Shown: positions 28,447-38,119, numbered from the stretch's first letter. The stretch is 64,000 bases of DNA from Candidatus Saccharimonadota bacterium (GCA_017512095.1 JAFWHC010000001.1:71099-135098); one strand, 5' to 3'. Made by a program: numbers and translations. Notes: generated from the sequence alone by a model not told the origin.

Positions 28447-28973
28447 TGAAAACTTCAGATTATGTAACAGTTGGTTTTATAGCGATTTTCGTGACCGTGT
28501 TGGCTTATTTCTTGGTTAATTCGTTGCTTGGCGATCCAAGTGAGGCGTCGGTTAAATTTGAGTATCTTGATGGAACGACTAGTTCTTTAACGATGCCGGA
28601 TCCGGAAGTTTTTAATGCGGCGGCCATTAATCCGACAGTTGAAGTTTATATCGGTTCGTGCGTTGATGAGAACCAAGATGGTATTTTGAGCGAGCAGGAA
28701 CGTCGTGATTGCGGTATGGATGCTTATGACGCTAGTGGTGGGAATACCGTTACCGAGAGCGATAATTATTCTGAAGGGAATAATGGGCTGAGCGATGAGG
28801 AAAATAATGCAGTAAATCAGAGCGAAGGCTATGCTAACGGTACGACGGCGCAACAGCGTGAGGCGGTTAACAACAGCGTGAACGAATATCAACAGCAACA
28901 ACAAACACAAAACCAATCAACTCAAAACGCTGATGATGCAGCGGCGAGGCAAGAGACGGTTTCAGGGAGCTAG
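28446..28973 (+). CDS. T4P-operon membrane protein with EF-hand-like loop and Gln/Asn-rich tail
   Basis: TM 7-28, PDPEVFNAAAINPT core, CVDENQDGILSEQERRDC. Confidence 0.7.
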   Translation: MKTSDYVTVGFIAIFVTVLAYFLVNSLLGDPSEASVKFEYLDGTTSSLTMPDPEVFNAAAINPTVEVYIGSCVDENQDGILSEQERRDCGMDAYDASGGNTVTESDNYSEGNNGLSDEENNAVNQSEGYANGTTAQQREAVNNSVNEYQQQQQTQNQSTQNADDAAARQETVSGS

Positions 28974-28975
28974 CA

Positions 28976-30739
28976 ATGGCGCTCTTGACGAAAGACATAC
29001 AAGAAAGAGTTGTCGCATTGCTTCAAGAGGAGGGCTTGATTGATGCGCAAAAATTGGCGCAGATTCGTCAGAATGCCGCGCTTTCTAAGCAACCAATTTT
29101 GGCGACGCTGATTTCTCAGAAGCTAACGAGCAGCGAGACGATTACGCATGCGACAGCTGAAGTGATGAAGGTGCCGTATGTGAACTTGAAGAATGTAAAG
29201 ATTGAGCAAGAGATTTTGCTGAATATGCCACAGGATGTGGCAGAGCGAAGCATGGCGGTGCCTTTGCTTGAGAGCGACGGCCGCTTGGCAGTGGCGATGC
29301 TTGACGTAACCAATGTTCAGGCAACAGATTACCTTGCTACGCTCGTAAAGAAACCAATTCGGACGGTGATGGCTAGCGAGGATGGAATTCGCGCAATTTT
29401 GATGCAGTATCGAAGTGATTTTTCTAGCGTCAAAAAAGCAGCACAGTCGTCACAGGAGGAGCAGGCGCAAAAGCGGAATTCTAATGTAAAAACTATTACG
29501 CAGGATTCACCGATTTCTAAAGCTTTGACGACGATCCTTGATTTTGCGGCGAAGTCGAAAGCTTCCGATATTCATATTGAGCCGCTTGAGAATTCTTTGG
29601 TGATTCGGTGTCGGATTGACGGCGTGCTCAGGCAAGTGATGGAACTTCCGAAGGCGATTGAACCGGCTTTGATTTCCCGTATAAAAATTTTATCCAACCT
29701 CAAGATCGATGAACATCGTGTGCCGCAGGACGGTCAGTTTACGGTGGCGGTTGATGATAAAGAAATCGATCTCCGTATCGCGATTTCTCCGGTAGTGTGG
29801 GGTGAGCAATGTGTAATTCGTCTTCTTGATAAGACTGGAACGGCGATGGAAGTGGAGAAGATGGGTATGACGGGGCGAGCGCTTAGAGCGGTGACGAAGG
29901 GGATTGAAAAACCGAACGGGATGATTCTGACTTCTGGTCCGACCGGTTCTGGTAAGTCGACGACGTTGTATGCTTTGATTAAGAAGATTAAATCGGAAGC
30001 GATTAATATCGTGACGCTTGAGGACCCGGTCGAGTATAAGATGGACGGAGTGAACCAAATTCAAGTGAACGTGGATGCTGGGTTAACATTTGCATCTGGA
30101 CTACGTTCGATTTTGCGTCAGGATCCTGACGTAGTGATGGTTGGGGAGATTCGTGATGGCGAAACGGCGAACCTAGCGGTGCAGGCGGCGCTTACGGGAC
30201 ACTTGGTGTTTTCTACGCTACACACAAACTCAGCGGCGGGTATTTTGCCGCGTCTGCTTGATATGGGAATTGAACCATTCTTGATTGCGTCGACGCTTAA
30301 TACGGTGATTGGCCAGAGGTTGGTGCGCCGCATTTCTGATAAGAAGGAAATTGTGCAGTCAAACGAAATGGAAACGCGAGAGATAAATGATGTGCTCGGA
30401 AAAGTATTGCCAAAAAGTCAGCAGGAAGTGCCGAGTCTTTCGGAAGATTTGGGTTATCCTGGATTGCCGGTTTTTAACCAAAAAGGATATGCGCTCGCGA
30501 AAGGGGTGGAAACAAGGGAAGCGCCTGGAGGGTATGTGGGGCGTGCTGGTCTTTATGAAGCGATTGAGGTTGATGAAGATATACAGAAACTGATTGTGGC
30601 GAGAGCGACAGCTGGTGATATTATGAAGGTCGCGAAAGCAAAGGGCTGCGTAACAATGCGACAGGACGGAATGCTGAAAGCACTAAGTGGCATTACAACC
30701 ATTAAAGAGGTGGATCGAGTTGCATCTGACCTTGCGTAA
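28976..30739 (+). CDS. pilB: Type IV pilus assembly ATPase PilB (GspE/PulE family)
   Basis: ASDIHIEP, PQDGQF, SGPTGSGKST, LEDPVEY, LRQDPDVVMVGEIRD, STLHTN. Confidence 0.95.
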   Translation: MALLTKDIQERVVALLQEEGLIDAQKLAQIRQNAALSKQPILATLISQKLTSSETITHATAEVMKVPYVNLKNVKIEQEILLNMPQDVAERSMAVPLLESDGRLAVAMLDVTNVQATDYLATLVKKPIRTVMASEDGIRAILMQYRSDFSSVKKAAQSSQEEQAQKRNSNVKTITQDSPISKALTTILDFAAKSKASDIHIEPLENSLVIRCRIDGVLRQVMELPKAIEPALISRIKILSNLKIDEHRVPQDGQFTVAVDDKEIDLRIAISPVVWGEQCVIRLLDKTGTAMEVEKMGMTGRALRAVTKGIEKPNGMILTSGPTGSGKSTTLYALIKKIKSEAINIVTLEDPVEYKMDGVNQIQVNVDAGLTFASGLRSILRQDPDVVMVGEIRDGETANLAVQAALTGHLVFSTLHTNSAAGILPRLLDMGIEPFLIASTLNTVIGQRLVRRISDKKEIVQSNEMETREINDVLGKVLPKSQQEVPSLSEDLGYPGLPVFNQKGYALAKGVETREAPGGYVGRAGLYEAIEVDEDIQKLIVARATAGDIMKVAKAKGCVTMRQDGMLKALSGITTIKEVDRVASDLA

Positions 30740-30778
30740 AAGGTTTTAAAAATGAAAGGCTTATGGTAAAATAGGATT

Positions 30779-31849
30779 ATGGAAAACAGTGGGATTAGAA
30801 TTGAGACTTTGCTTGAGGAATGTATCAAGCGGAACGCATCGGATTTACACATTCAGGTTGGGTTGCAGCCGATTTTGCGTGTGGATGGTGCGCTTGTTGC
30901 AGTTGCCAACACGCCGGTTCTAACTCCGCCGATGGTTGAGCAGTTGATTTTTGCGACGCTTGATGAGGCTCAGCAAAAAATTTTATTGAAGGATAAAGAA
31001 TTTGATTATTCGTTTGCGTTTGGCGAGTTGGGGCGTTTTCGCGCGAATGCTTTTCACGAGAGAGGTAATCTTGCTTGCGCGTTTCGTTTGATTCCGAATA
31101 AAATTCAGACAATTGCCGATTTGGGGTTACCTGGTGTTGTGGAGAACTTTGCGGATTATCCGCGCGGTTTGGTGCTTGTGACGGGACCGACGGGTTCTGG
31201 TAAGTCGACTACGCTTGCAGCAATCGTCGATAAAATCAACCGTGAGAAGGCAGTGCATATTTTGACGATTGAAGACCCGATCGAGTTTACGCACAAATCA
31301 CAACGGTCAGTGGTGGTGCAAAGGGAAGTGCATTATGATACATTTTCTTTCTCGGCGGCGCTTCGTTCAGCGCTTCGTGAAGACCCTGATGTAGTGCTTC
31401 TTGGTGAGATGCGTGATCTTGAGACGATTTCTTCGGCAATTACAATTGCGGAAACTGGGCACTTGGTTTTAGCTACTTTGCATACAAACTCGGCGGCGCA
31501 GTCGGTTGACCGTATGATTGATGTGTTCCCAGCGCACCAGCAGCCGCAAGTGCGCTCGCAGTTATCGAATATTCTGATGGCAATTTGTGCGCAGAGGCTT
31601 GTGCCGGCGATTGGTGGGGGGAGAATTGCGGCGGCAGAAATTATGGTGGCAAATTCGGCGATTAGGTCGTTGATTCGTGATGGCAAGACACACCAAATTG
31701 ATTCGATGATTCAGACGGGTGCGAGCGCTGGGATGCAGACAATGGACGCAACGCTTGCGAAGCTTGTGAAGGCCGGAACGGTATCTTATAACGATGCGCG
31801 CGACTATGCGGTCGATGTAGAGAATTTTGATAGATTGACGAGAGGTTAG
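30779..31849 (+). CDS. pilT: Type IV pilus retraction ATPase PilT
   Basis: ASDLHIQVG, TGPTGSGKST, IEDPIEF, ALREDPDV, AIRSLIRDGK. Confidence 0.96.
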   Translation: MENSGIRIETLLEECIKRNASDLHIQVGLQPILRVDGALVAVANTPVLTPPMVEQLIFATLDEAQQKILLKDKEFDYSFAFGELGRFRANAFHERGNLACAFRLIPNKIQTIADLGLPGVVENFADYPRGLVLVTGPTGSGKSTTLAAIVDKINREKAVHILTIEDPIEFTHKSQRSVVVQREVHYDTFSFSAALRSALREDPDVVLLGEMRDLETISSAITIAETGHLVLATLHTNSAAQSVDRMIDVFPAHQQPQVRSQLSNILMAICAQRLVPAIGGGRIAAAEIMVANSAIRSLIRDGKTHQIDSMIQTGASAGMQTMDATLAKLVKAGTVSYNDARDYAVDVENFDRLTRG

Positions 31850-31850
31850 G

Positions 31851-33056
31851 ATGAAGCGATACGTCTATAAAGCAACGGAAAGAAAGAGCAGAAAGACTGT
31901 TTCTGGCGTTATTCAGGCGGAAAGTGAGCGCGAAGCTGGTAAACTTTTGGTTGAGCAAGGGTTTGTGCCGGATAAAATTGAAGAAGAGGACAAGAAGAGC
32001 CTGCTCGCGAAGTTAAAAAACAAAGTTTCTACAAAAGATCGAATCATCTTTACACGCCAGTTTGCGACGCTTATTGGTGCGGGTTTGCCGATGTCGAGAT
32101 CTTTAAAGACGGCGGCAGAACAGTCGACATCGAAGCCGATGAAGGCGGTGATTGAAGACGTGACCGCAAGCGTGGAAGCTGGTAAGGCTTTGTCAGATTC
32201 TCTGGCGCAACATCCAGATGTGTTTGGTGATGTCTATTTGTCGCTTGTGGCGGCAGGTGAGATGTCGGGTACGCTCGATACGGCGTTGGCGCGGCTTGCA
32301 ACTCAGGACGAGAAGGATTCGAATATGATTTCTAAGATTCGCGGGGCGATGGTTTATCCTGGGATTATCTTTGTCGTGATTATTGCTGTGCTTGCATTTA
32401 TGCTTGTGGCGGTGGTGCCAGAGGTGCGAAAGCTTTATACGGATATGAACAAGGAGCTGCCTGGGATTACGCAGGCGCTTGTTGGAATCTCGGATTTCTT
32501 TGCGAATCAGTGGTGGGTGATTGCGGTGATTTTGATTGCTTCAGTGCTTGGTATTAGGGCATATCGTCGAACGGACGCAGGGAAGAAGACTTTTGCGTTG
32601 TTTAAGCTGAATGTGCCGGTGTTTAAGGCGCTGTTCCAGAGGCTTTATATGAACCGTTTTTGTCGAACAATGGAGATGCTGCTTGGAACTGGCGTGTCGA
32701 TGCTTGATGCAATTCATATTTCTGCGCGAGCGACGTCGAATTTCTATATGCAGCAGCAATTTGAGGCGGCGGCGGAAAAGGTGAAATCGGGTAAGGCGCT
32801 TTCTGAGTCTGTTCAAGACTTGGATTATGTTTTGCCACTTGTGCCGCAGATGATTAACATTGGTGAGCAATCTGGTAAGATTGACGAGATGATTGGGAAG
32901 GCGGCGGAAGTGTATGAGAATGAGCTCGACGAGAAGATTGCGAATATTTCTACGATGATTGAGCCGTTCCTCATGGTGATTATGGCGGGGCTTATTGGCA
33001 TCGTAATTGCCGGGACGTTGCTACCTATCTATTCACTTGTATCTTCTATCAGTTAA
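31851..33056 (+). CDS. pilC: Type IV pilus platform protein PilC (GspF family)
   Basis: FTRQFATLIGAGLP, GEMSGTL, AMVYP, GEQSGKI, IEPFL. Confidence 0.95.
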   Translation: MKRYVYKATERKSRKTVSGVIQAESEREAGKLLVEQGFVPDKIEEEDKKSLLAKLKNKVSTKDRIIFTRQFATLIGAGLPMSRSLKTAAEQSTSKPMKAVIEDVTASVEAGKALSDSLAQHPDVFGDVYLSLVAAGEMSGTLDTALARLATQDEKDSNMISKIRGAMVYPGIIFVVIIAVLAFMLVAVVPEVRKLYTDMNKELPGITQALVGISDFFANQWWVIAVILIASVLGIRAYRRTDAGKKTFALFKLNVPVFKALFQRLYMNRFCRTMEMLLGTGVSMLDAIHISARATSNFYMQQQFEAAAEKVKSGKALSESVQDLDYVLPLVPQMINIGEQSGKIDEMIGKAAEVYENELDEKIANISTMIEPFLMVIMAGLIGIVIAGTLLPIYSLVSSIS

Positions 33057-33080
33057 TATTTGGTGGATTTCTGCTCGGCG

Positions 33081-33246
33081 GTCGTGCAAGCCCTTTTCGC
33101 AACGGGAGCCTTCACGCAGTCGTCAAAATAACCTTAATAGCCTATTTCTTGCGCCCTATGACAAGCAAGTGCTCGGAAATGGTATCAAGGTTATTTTGAC
33201 TGCTGGCTCAGACTCTTTACTGTTGCGAGAAAGGGCATTGCGCGAC
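33081..33246. repeat. 166-nt long imperfect hairpin (MITE/REP-like) between pilC and pilD
   Basis: GTCGTGCAA/TTGCGCGAC, GCCCTTTTCGCAAC/GTTGCGAGAAAGGGC, perfect 14 bp GTCAAAATAACCTT/AAGGTTATTTTGAC. Confidence 0.7.
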
Positions 33247-33269
33247 CCCCATGTGATATAATAATATGT

Positions 33270-34061
33270 GTGAAGATTGTGTTTATCATATTTTGTGTGG
33301 TGCTCGGGGCGGCGTTTGGGAGCTTTGCGTGTTGTCAGGCGTGGCGGATACGGCTCAAGGAGGAGAAGGAGAAGGACCCGGGGAGGAGGAGTGTTTGTCT
33401 TTCTTGTGGGAAGCAGCTTAGGTGGTTTGAGAATGTGCCGATTTTGTCGTGGGTTTTGCAGAAAGGGAAGTGTCGGAAGTGTGGGGCGAAGATTGGAAGG
33501 GCGGAAATCTGTGCGGAGATTTTAGGGTTCGTGAGTTTTGGGCTCATTGCTTGGAAATTTGTCGGTATGGTGCCCACGGAAGTGACGGACGTGGTGGAGT
33601 TTTTTGGGGCGTTAGACCTTGCGAGGATGGTGGCGGCGATGGCGGCGATGGTCGGGCTTTTGATTTTGGCGGTGTATGATGCGAAGTGGCAGGAAATGCC
33701 GGTTTCGATTTTGATTTATACGATTGCGATGGGGTTAGTTTATGCGGTGGTGACTAATGTGACATGGAGCTTGCTTGGAAGCGTAGGGTTGCTTGCGGGA
33801 GTATATTATTTGCTTTATTTCTTTTCGAAGGAGAAATTAGTTGGAGGAGGGGATTGGCTCTTGTGTCTTGCGATTGGGCTATTACTTAGAAAGTGGCAGC
33901 TGGCGCTTTTGGAATTGTTTTTAGCGAATTTTTTGGGAGCAGTGGTTATGTTACCTAAGAAGCGAAGAAAAACGGCGTTTGGACCATTTTTGGTGGTAGC
34001 GTTTGTGGTAATATTTGCGTTTGAAGAAACGCTTCTAGGTGCATTAGCAATAAATTTGTAA
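33270..34061 (+). CDS. pilD: Prepilin peptidase
   Basis: GSFACC, RSVCLSCG, ENVPILSW, GKCRKCG, catalytic YDAK and GGGD. Confidence 0.93.
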   Translation: MKIVFIIFCVVLGAAFGSFACCQAWRIRLKEEKEKDPGRRSVCLSCGKQLRWFENVPILSWVLQKGKCRKCGAKIGRAEICAEILGFVSFGLIAWKFVGMVPTEVTDVVEFFGALDLARMVAAMAAMVGLLILAVYDAKWQEMPVSILIYTIAMGLVYAVVTNVTWSLLGSVGLLAGVYYLLYFFSKEKLVGGGDWLLCLAIGLLLRKWQLALLELFLANFLGAVVMLPKKRRKTAFGPFLVVAFVVIFAFEETLLGALAINL

Positions 34062-34064
34062 GCC

Positions 34065-35033
34065 TTAGTTTAGCTCGGAGTGGAATTTTTCGTGGATTTC
34101 GCGAAGATGTGGGTCGGTGACGTGAGTGTAGATTTGAGTGGTGCTGATGTTGGCATGGCCGAGCATAGCTTGGACGCTACGAAGGTCGGCGCCGTTCATG
34201 AGTAAATCGGTGGCAAAGGAGTGTCTTAATGTGTGCGGGGTGACATGTTTGGTGATGCCGGCAGCTTTGGCGTAGTGGTCAATGATGCGCTGGACTGAGC
34301 GGGGAGTGAGTCGGCGGAAGTCACCGGAGGTGTCGACGGCGTTAAGATGGCGAGAGTTGTTGAGGAAGAGGGCGGGGAGAGAATCATCGCGGACGGCGAG
34401 ATAGTCGCGAGTAGCTTCGGCGGCCGCCTCGCTGATGAAAATCGGGCGATCTTTTTTGCCTTTACCGCGGACGATAAATTCGCGGCGGTCGAGGTTGATG
34501 GAGTCGCGGTTGAGGCTCACAAGTTCGGAGACGCGGAGACCGCCGGAGAAGAGGAGTTCGATGATGGCGCGATCGCGAAGGCCAGATTCGGTGTCGCTAG
34601 GAATGGCGTTCAATAAATCTTCAACTTCGTCAAAATGGAGGAAAGTAACCTGTTTTTTGACGGCGCGAGGTAGGTCGACAAGACTCGGGTCGAGGGTCTT
34701 GATGTTTCTTCTTGTGAGATATTTGAGGAACCCACGGAGGGCGATGAGGTGATAGGCTTGGGTTAGGGCGGAGAGGCCTTCGTCGCGAATGTTGTTAGTG
34801 TACCGGTTGAGCTTTAGGCGATATTTGCGGAGAAGTTCAGGGTCGATTTCTTCTGGTTTGATGTCGTCTTTGCCTAGAATTTCCGAACAAAGGTCGTAAA
34901 AGCGAAAAAGATAAAGACGATAGTTTTCTATAGTTTTTTTTGAACGGCCTTTTTCAACCTCGAGATGCTCGAGAAAATCATTAATCAGTTCGTTAATATT
35001 GGAAATGTTTTCGGTCGTGTCGTTAGTAGCCAT
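34065..35033 (-). CDS. Tyrosine recombinase, chromosomal XerC/XerD type
   Basis: LRDRAIIELLFSGGLRVSEL, VRGKGKK, PHTLRHSFAT, LGHANISTTQIYTHV (R-K-H-R-H-Y intact). Confidence 0.93.
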   Translation of the reverse strand: MATNDTTENISNINELINDFLEHLEVEKGRSKKTIENYRLYLFRFYDLCSEILGKDDIKPEEIDPELLRKYRLKLNRYTNNIRDEGLSALTQAYHLIALRGFLKYLTRRNIKTLDPSLVDLPRAVKKQVTFLHFDEVEDLLNAIPSDTESGLRDRAIIELLFSGGLRVSELVSLNRDSINLDRREFIVRGKGKKDRPIFISEAAAEATRDYLAVRDDSLPALFLNNSRHLNAVDTSGDFRRLTPRSVQRIIDHYAKAAGITKHVTPHTLRHSFATDLLMNGADLRSVQAMLGHANISTTQIYTHVTDPHLREIHEKFHSELN

Positions 35034-35093
35034 AAGAGTATTGTACCATAAAAGTTTTTTCTTTGCAGAGTAGTTTGATGGTATAATGTAGGA

Positions 35094-36110
35094 ATGACGA
35101 TTATTGACTATGTGAGATATTACAAAGACGTGCCTTTGTTCGAGGTGAGTTGGAATCAGATGGACACACTGATAGTAGCGACTTTAAGCTATGCGAAGAT
35201 TCGAGGGTTTCGAAAAGAACGAAGTTTTACGGAATTTATTAGGATGGTGGAGGGGGTGCCGAAAGAAAAGGGAGAAGAATTGTTGGCGGCGAAGATACGA
35301 CAGATTGTGAGGTTATTAAAGAAAACAAAACGTTATGAGAAAGTGACGGTAGAGAACTTTAATGATGTATTGAATGATAAAACGCAGTTTGGGGCGATGA
35401 CATGGAAGGTCGGAAGAAAGAAGATAATTGGCTTTAGAGGAACAGACGGGACAATTATTGGGTGGATAGATTCGTTGAGACTGTCTTGTGAGTGCCCGAC
35501 TAGAGCGCATCTTTTGGCGCGAGATTATTTGGAGAGGGAAATTGACGAGGGCGATGAGGTGATCTTGTGTGGCCATTCAAAGGGAGGGAATTTGGCCGTG
35601 GTGGGAGCGATGATGTTAGACGATGGCAGAAAACGCGCGGTGAAGAAAATCTATAATTTTGATGGCCCGGGGGTGAGAAAAGAACAGTTTGAATCGCGAG
35701 AGTACGGGATGATTAGGCATAAGATAGTGAATATAATGCCAGAGAAATCTTACGTGGGGACGTTAATGCTTTCTGGAGGGAGAACAAAAGTAGTGAAGTC
35801 AAATGCGAAAGGGCTGGCGGTGCATTATCAAACAACTTGGGAGGTTTTTGGCGAAGTGTTTGCTAAAGGGCGACAAGATAAAATTAGCTTGCAATTGCAT
35901 GATAACACGGTAACGAGTTTCATGAGAATTGATAATAGGGAAGTGAAGAGAGTACTAGATGTGATGTATGAAAAGTTCAAGGGGCGAGCAACGGAAAAGG
36001 TGTCTTGGTTAGATATATTAGGAGTGGTTGAGGGTATAAAAGAGATGGATGCAGAAACTAGAAAATGCTTTGGTGAAATTATCGGTAGTCTATTTAGAGG
36101 AGCGCAATAA
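35094..36110 (+). CDS. DUF2974-like alpha/beta hydrolase (lipase-like)
   Basis: FRGTDGTIIGW, GHSKGG nucleophile elbow, YNFDGPG. Confidence 0.85.
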   Translation: MTIIDYVRYYKDVPLFEVSWNQMDTLIVATLSYAKIRGFRKERSFTEFIRMVEGVPKEKGEELLAAKIRQIVRLLKKTKRYEKVTVENFNDVLNDKTQFGAMTWKVGRKKIIGFRGTDGTIIGWIDSLRLSCECPTRAHLLARDYLEREIDEGDEVILCGHSKGGNLAVVGAMMLDDGRKRAVKKIYNFDGPGVRKEQFESREYGMIRHKIVNIMPEKSYVGTLMLSGGRTKVVKSNAKGLAVHYQTTWEVFGEVFAKGRQDKISLQLHDNTVTSFMRIDNREVKRVLDVMYEKFKGRATEKVSWLDILGVVEGIKEMDAETRKCFGEIIGSLFRGAQ

Positions 36111-36150
36111 AAAAGCCACGTTAAGGCGCGGCTTTTACTGGGTTAGATAA

Positions 36151-36666
36151 CTAACGGGTATACTTTTCGTTGAGGTCGGAATAGTCATAGAGTTCGTCGT
36201 CGTCAAACCAGAGACGAATTTCTTTTTTAGCTTCTTCAGGAGAGCCGGAAGCGTGGATTAAGTTCGGAACACCGATGCCTTTGGCGTCGGAATAACCGAA
36301 GGACATGTGAGAGTAGTCGCCACGGATGGTGCCCATTTCAGCGGACTTTGGTTCGGTTGGGCCGACGATTTTACGAACGAGCGGGACACATTCGACGCCT
36401 TCAAGAACGATAGCAATGACTGGACCAGTCATCATGTAAGCGACGTTGTAATGGAAGGCTTGTTCGCCGCGGCGAGTAATCATCTGACCGATTTCTTCAT
36501 AGTGGGCGCGGTAATGGTCTTCGGATGGTTTAACCATTTTCATGCCGACGATTTTGAGGCCGACGCGCTCGAAACGTTGGAGGATTTCTCCGGCGAGACC
36601 GCGTTGAACGGCATCTGGTTTTAGAACTACTAGACTGCGTTGGATGAGATCTTTTTCTTTTCCCAT
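36151..36666 (-). CDS. ndk: Nucleoside diphosphate kinase
   Basis: QRSLVVLKPDAVQRGL, GTIRGDY, NLIHASGS. Confidence 0.96.
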   Translation of the reverse strand: MGKEKDLIQRSLVVLKPDAVQRGLAGEILQRFERVGLKIVGMKMVKPSEDHYRAHYEEIGQMITRRGEQAFHYNVAYMMTGPVIAIVLEGVECVPLVRKIVGPTEPKSAEMGTIRGDYSHMSFGYSDAKGIGVPNLIHASGSPEEAKKEIRLWFDDDELYDYSDLNEKYTR

Positions 36667-36707
36667 ATAACTCCTTTTTGAAGATTATACCATATATTAG
36701 AAAAAAA

Positions 36708-36784
36708 TGGTGACCTGGGCGGGAGTTGAACCCACAACCTTCTCCTTAGGACGGAGCTGCTCTATCCAATTGAGCTACCAAGCC
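36708..36784 (-). tRNA. tRNA-Arg (CCT)
   Basis: Cloverleaf GGCTTGG..CCAGGTC-A-CCA; anticodon loop GT-CCT-AA; T-loop TTCAACT. Confidence 0.93.
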
Positions 36785-36828
36785 AGCCGTGGCTATATTA
36801 TAACACAGGTGTGTGATATAATGGTAAT

Positions 36829-37857
36829 ATGAAATTGAGTATTCCGCTGAAGCGGGCAGATAAAGATCGCAAGACCGAGAGAGAGAAAGTTGAGGAGAGA
36901 CGGGAAGAAGTTTTGTCGCGAGGACGGAAGTTTAAATATCCGTTACAATATGCGAAGCATAGGCTTGTAATAAATACCGTAATAATTGCTGTGGTGGGCG
37001 TTGTTTTGCTGGTGGTGGCAGGATGGGCGGCATTATATAAATTCCAAGATATGGGCGATATTATGTATCGCATTTCTTTGGTGTTGCCTGTGCCGGTGGC
37101 AAAAGTGGATGGGAAGAATGTGAGATTTTCTGATTATTTGATGACGGCGAGGAGCAGTTTGACAACACTTGACGTGCAATCGGCTTTTGATGGTAGGGAA
37201 GAAGACTATGGTGCAATTGAAAACGGCTACAAGCGGCAAGCGCTGACGCAGGCGGAGGAATTGACGTATGCTTTGAAACTTGGCGAGGAATTAGGAGTTA
37301 CGGTGTCCGACGATGAAGTTACGGTGGCATTTGATGAGCATAGAAAGGTGGGCGGTGCGGATAGGAGCGAGGAAAGTTTTTTGAAGGTTCTGAACGTAAA
37401 TTTTGGACTTTCTAAAGACGAGTATAAGAGGATGCTTTATCTTTCTTTGATGCGGAGTAAAGTGGCACAGGCTGTGGATAAAGAGGCGGAAGCGACGGCA
37501 AAGAAAGTTGAACAGGCGCTTCGCGAGAATAACGGGGATTTCCAGAAAGTAAAAGAAGCGCTTGGTGATAAAGTGGAGTTTATGACGACGGGTGGGTTGA
37601 TTGATAATAAGAACGTTGATGGTGGCAGGAGCGGGAAGGCAATGACTTTAAATGTTGGTGAGATGTCGGGACGGTTCTTATCAACGAATGGCGACGGATA
37701 TTACTTTGTGAAGACGATAGAAAAGAGCGAAACGCAAGTTAGCTATGTGTCTTTGTATGTGCGATTTACAGAGTTTGCTAAGAAGTTCGAAGAAGTGCAG
37801 ACAGCAGGATTGATTAAAGAATACATCGACATTAAAGAGTTGGATAGTGAAGAATAG
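36829..37857 (+). CDS. SurA/PrsA-like foldase (SurA N-terminal domain, membrane-anchored)
   Basis: TM, PVAKVDGKNV, LGVTVSDDEV, degenerate parvulin region. Confidence 0.72.
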   Translation: MKLSIPLKRADKDRKTEREKVEERREEVLSRGRKFKYPLQYAKHRLVINTVIIAVVGVVLLVVAGWAALYKFQDMGDIMYRISLVLPVPVAKVDGKNVRFSDYLMTARSSLTTLDVQSAFDGREEDYGAIENGYKRQALTQAEELTYALKLGEELGVTVSDDEVTVAFDEHRKVGGADRSEESFLKVLNVNFGLSKDEYKRMLYLSLMRSKVAQAVDKEAEATAKKVEQALRENNGDFQKVKEALGDKVEFMTTGGLIDNKNVDGGRSGKAMTLNVGEMSGRFLSTNGDGYYFVKTIEKSETQVSYVSLYVRFTEFAKKFEEVQTAGLIKEYIDIKELDSEE

Positions 37858-37882
37858 AAAAGTATGATATAATGGGGAGGTC

Positions 37883-37957
37883 GCGGGTATCGTATAGCGG
37901 CTATTATGTATCCTTCCCAAGGATGAGATGAGGGTCCGACTCCCTCTACCCGCACCA
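37883..37957 (+). tRNA. tRNA-Gly (CCC)
   Basis: GCGGGTA..TACCCGC-A-CCA; anticodon loop TT-CCC-AA; T-loop TCCGACT. Confidence 0.93.
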
Positions 37958-38014
37958 AAATCACCTATCTCGGCACTTTTCCTCGCTCGGAGAAAGTACC
38001 AATCTAGGCGATTT
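37958..38014. repeat. Hairpin element in tRNA-Gly/tRNA-Thr spacer
   Basis: AAATCACCTA/TAGGCGATTT outer stem, ACTTTTCC/GGAGAAAGT inner stem, loop TCGCTC. Confidence 0.5.
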
Positions 38015-38019
38015 TATAG

Positions 38020-38095
38020 GCCGATGTAGCTCAGTTGGTAGAGCAGCTCATTCGTAACGAGCAGGTCACAGGTTCGAACCCTGCCATCGGCTCCA
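38020..38095 (+). tRNA. tRNA-Thr (CGT)
   Basis: GCCGATG..CATCGGC-T-CCA; anticodon loop TT-CGT-AA. Confidence 0.96.
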
Positions 38096-38119
38096 TTTTA
38101 TTGTTAAAATGTGTTACAA

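Noticed and set aside
34065-35033. Tyrosine recombinase as integrase of a mobile element
   Set aside because: Xer-like length and motifs, housekeeping neighbours, no att repeats or cargo genes
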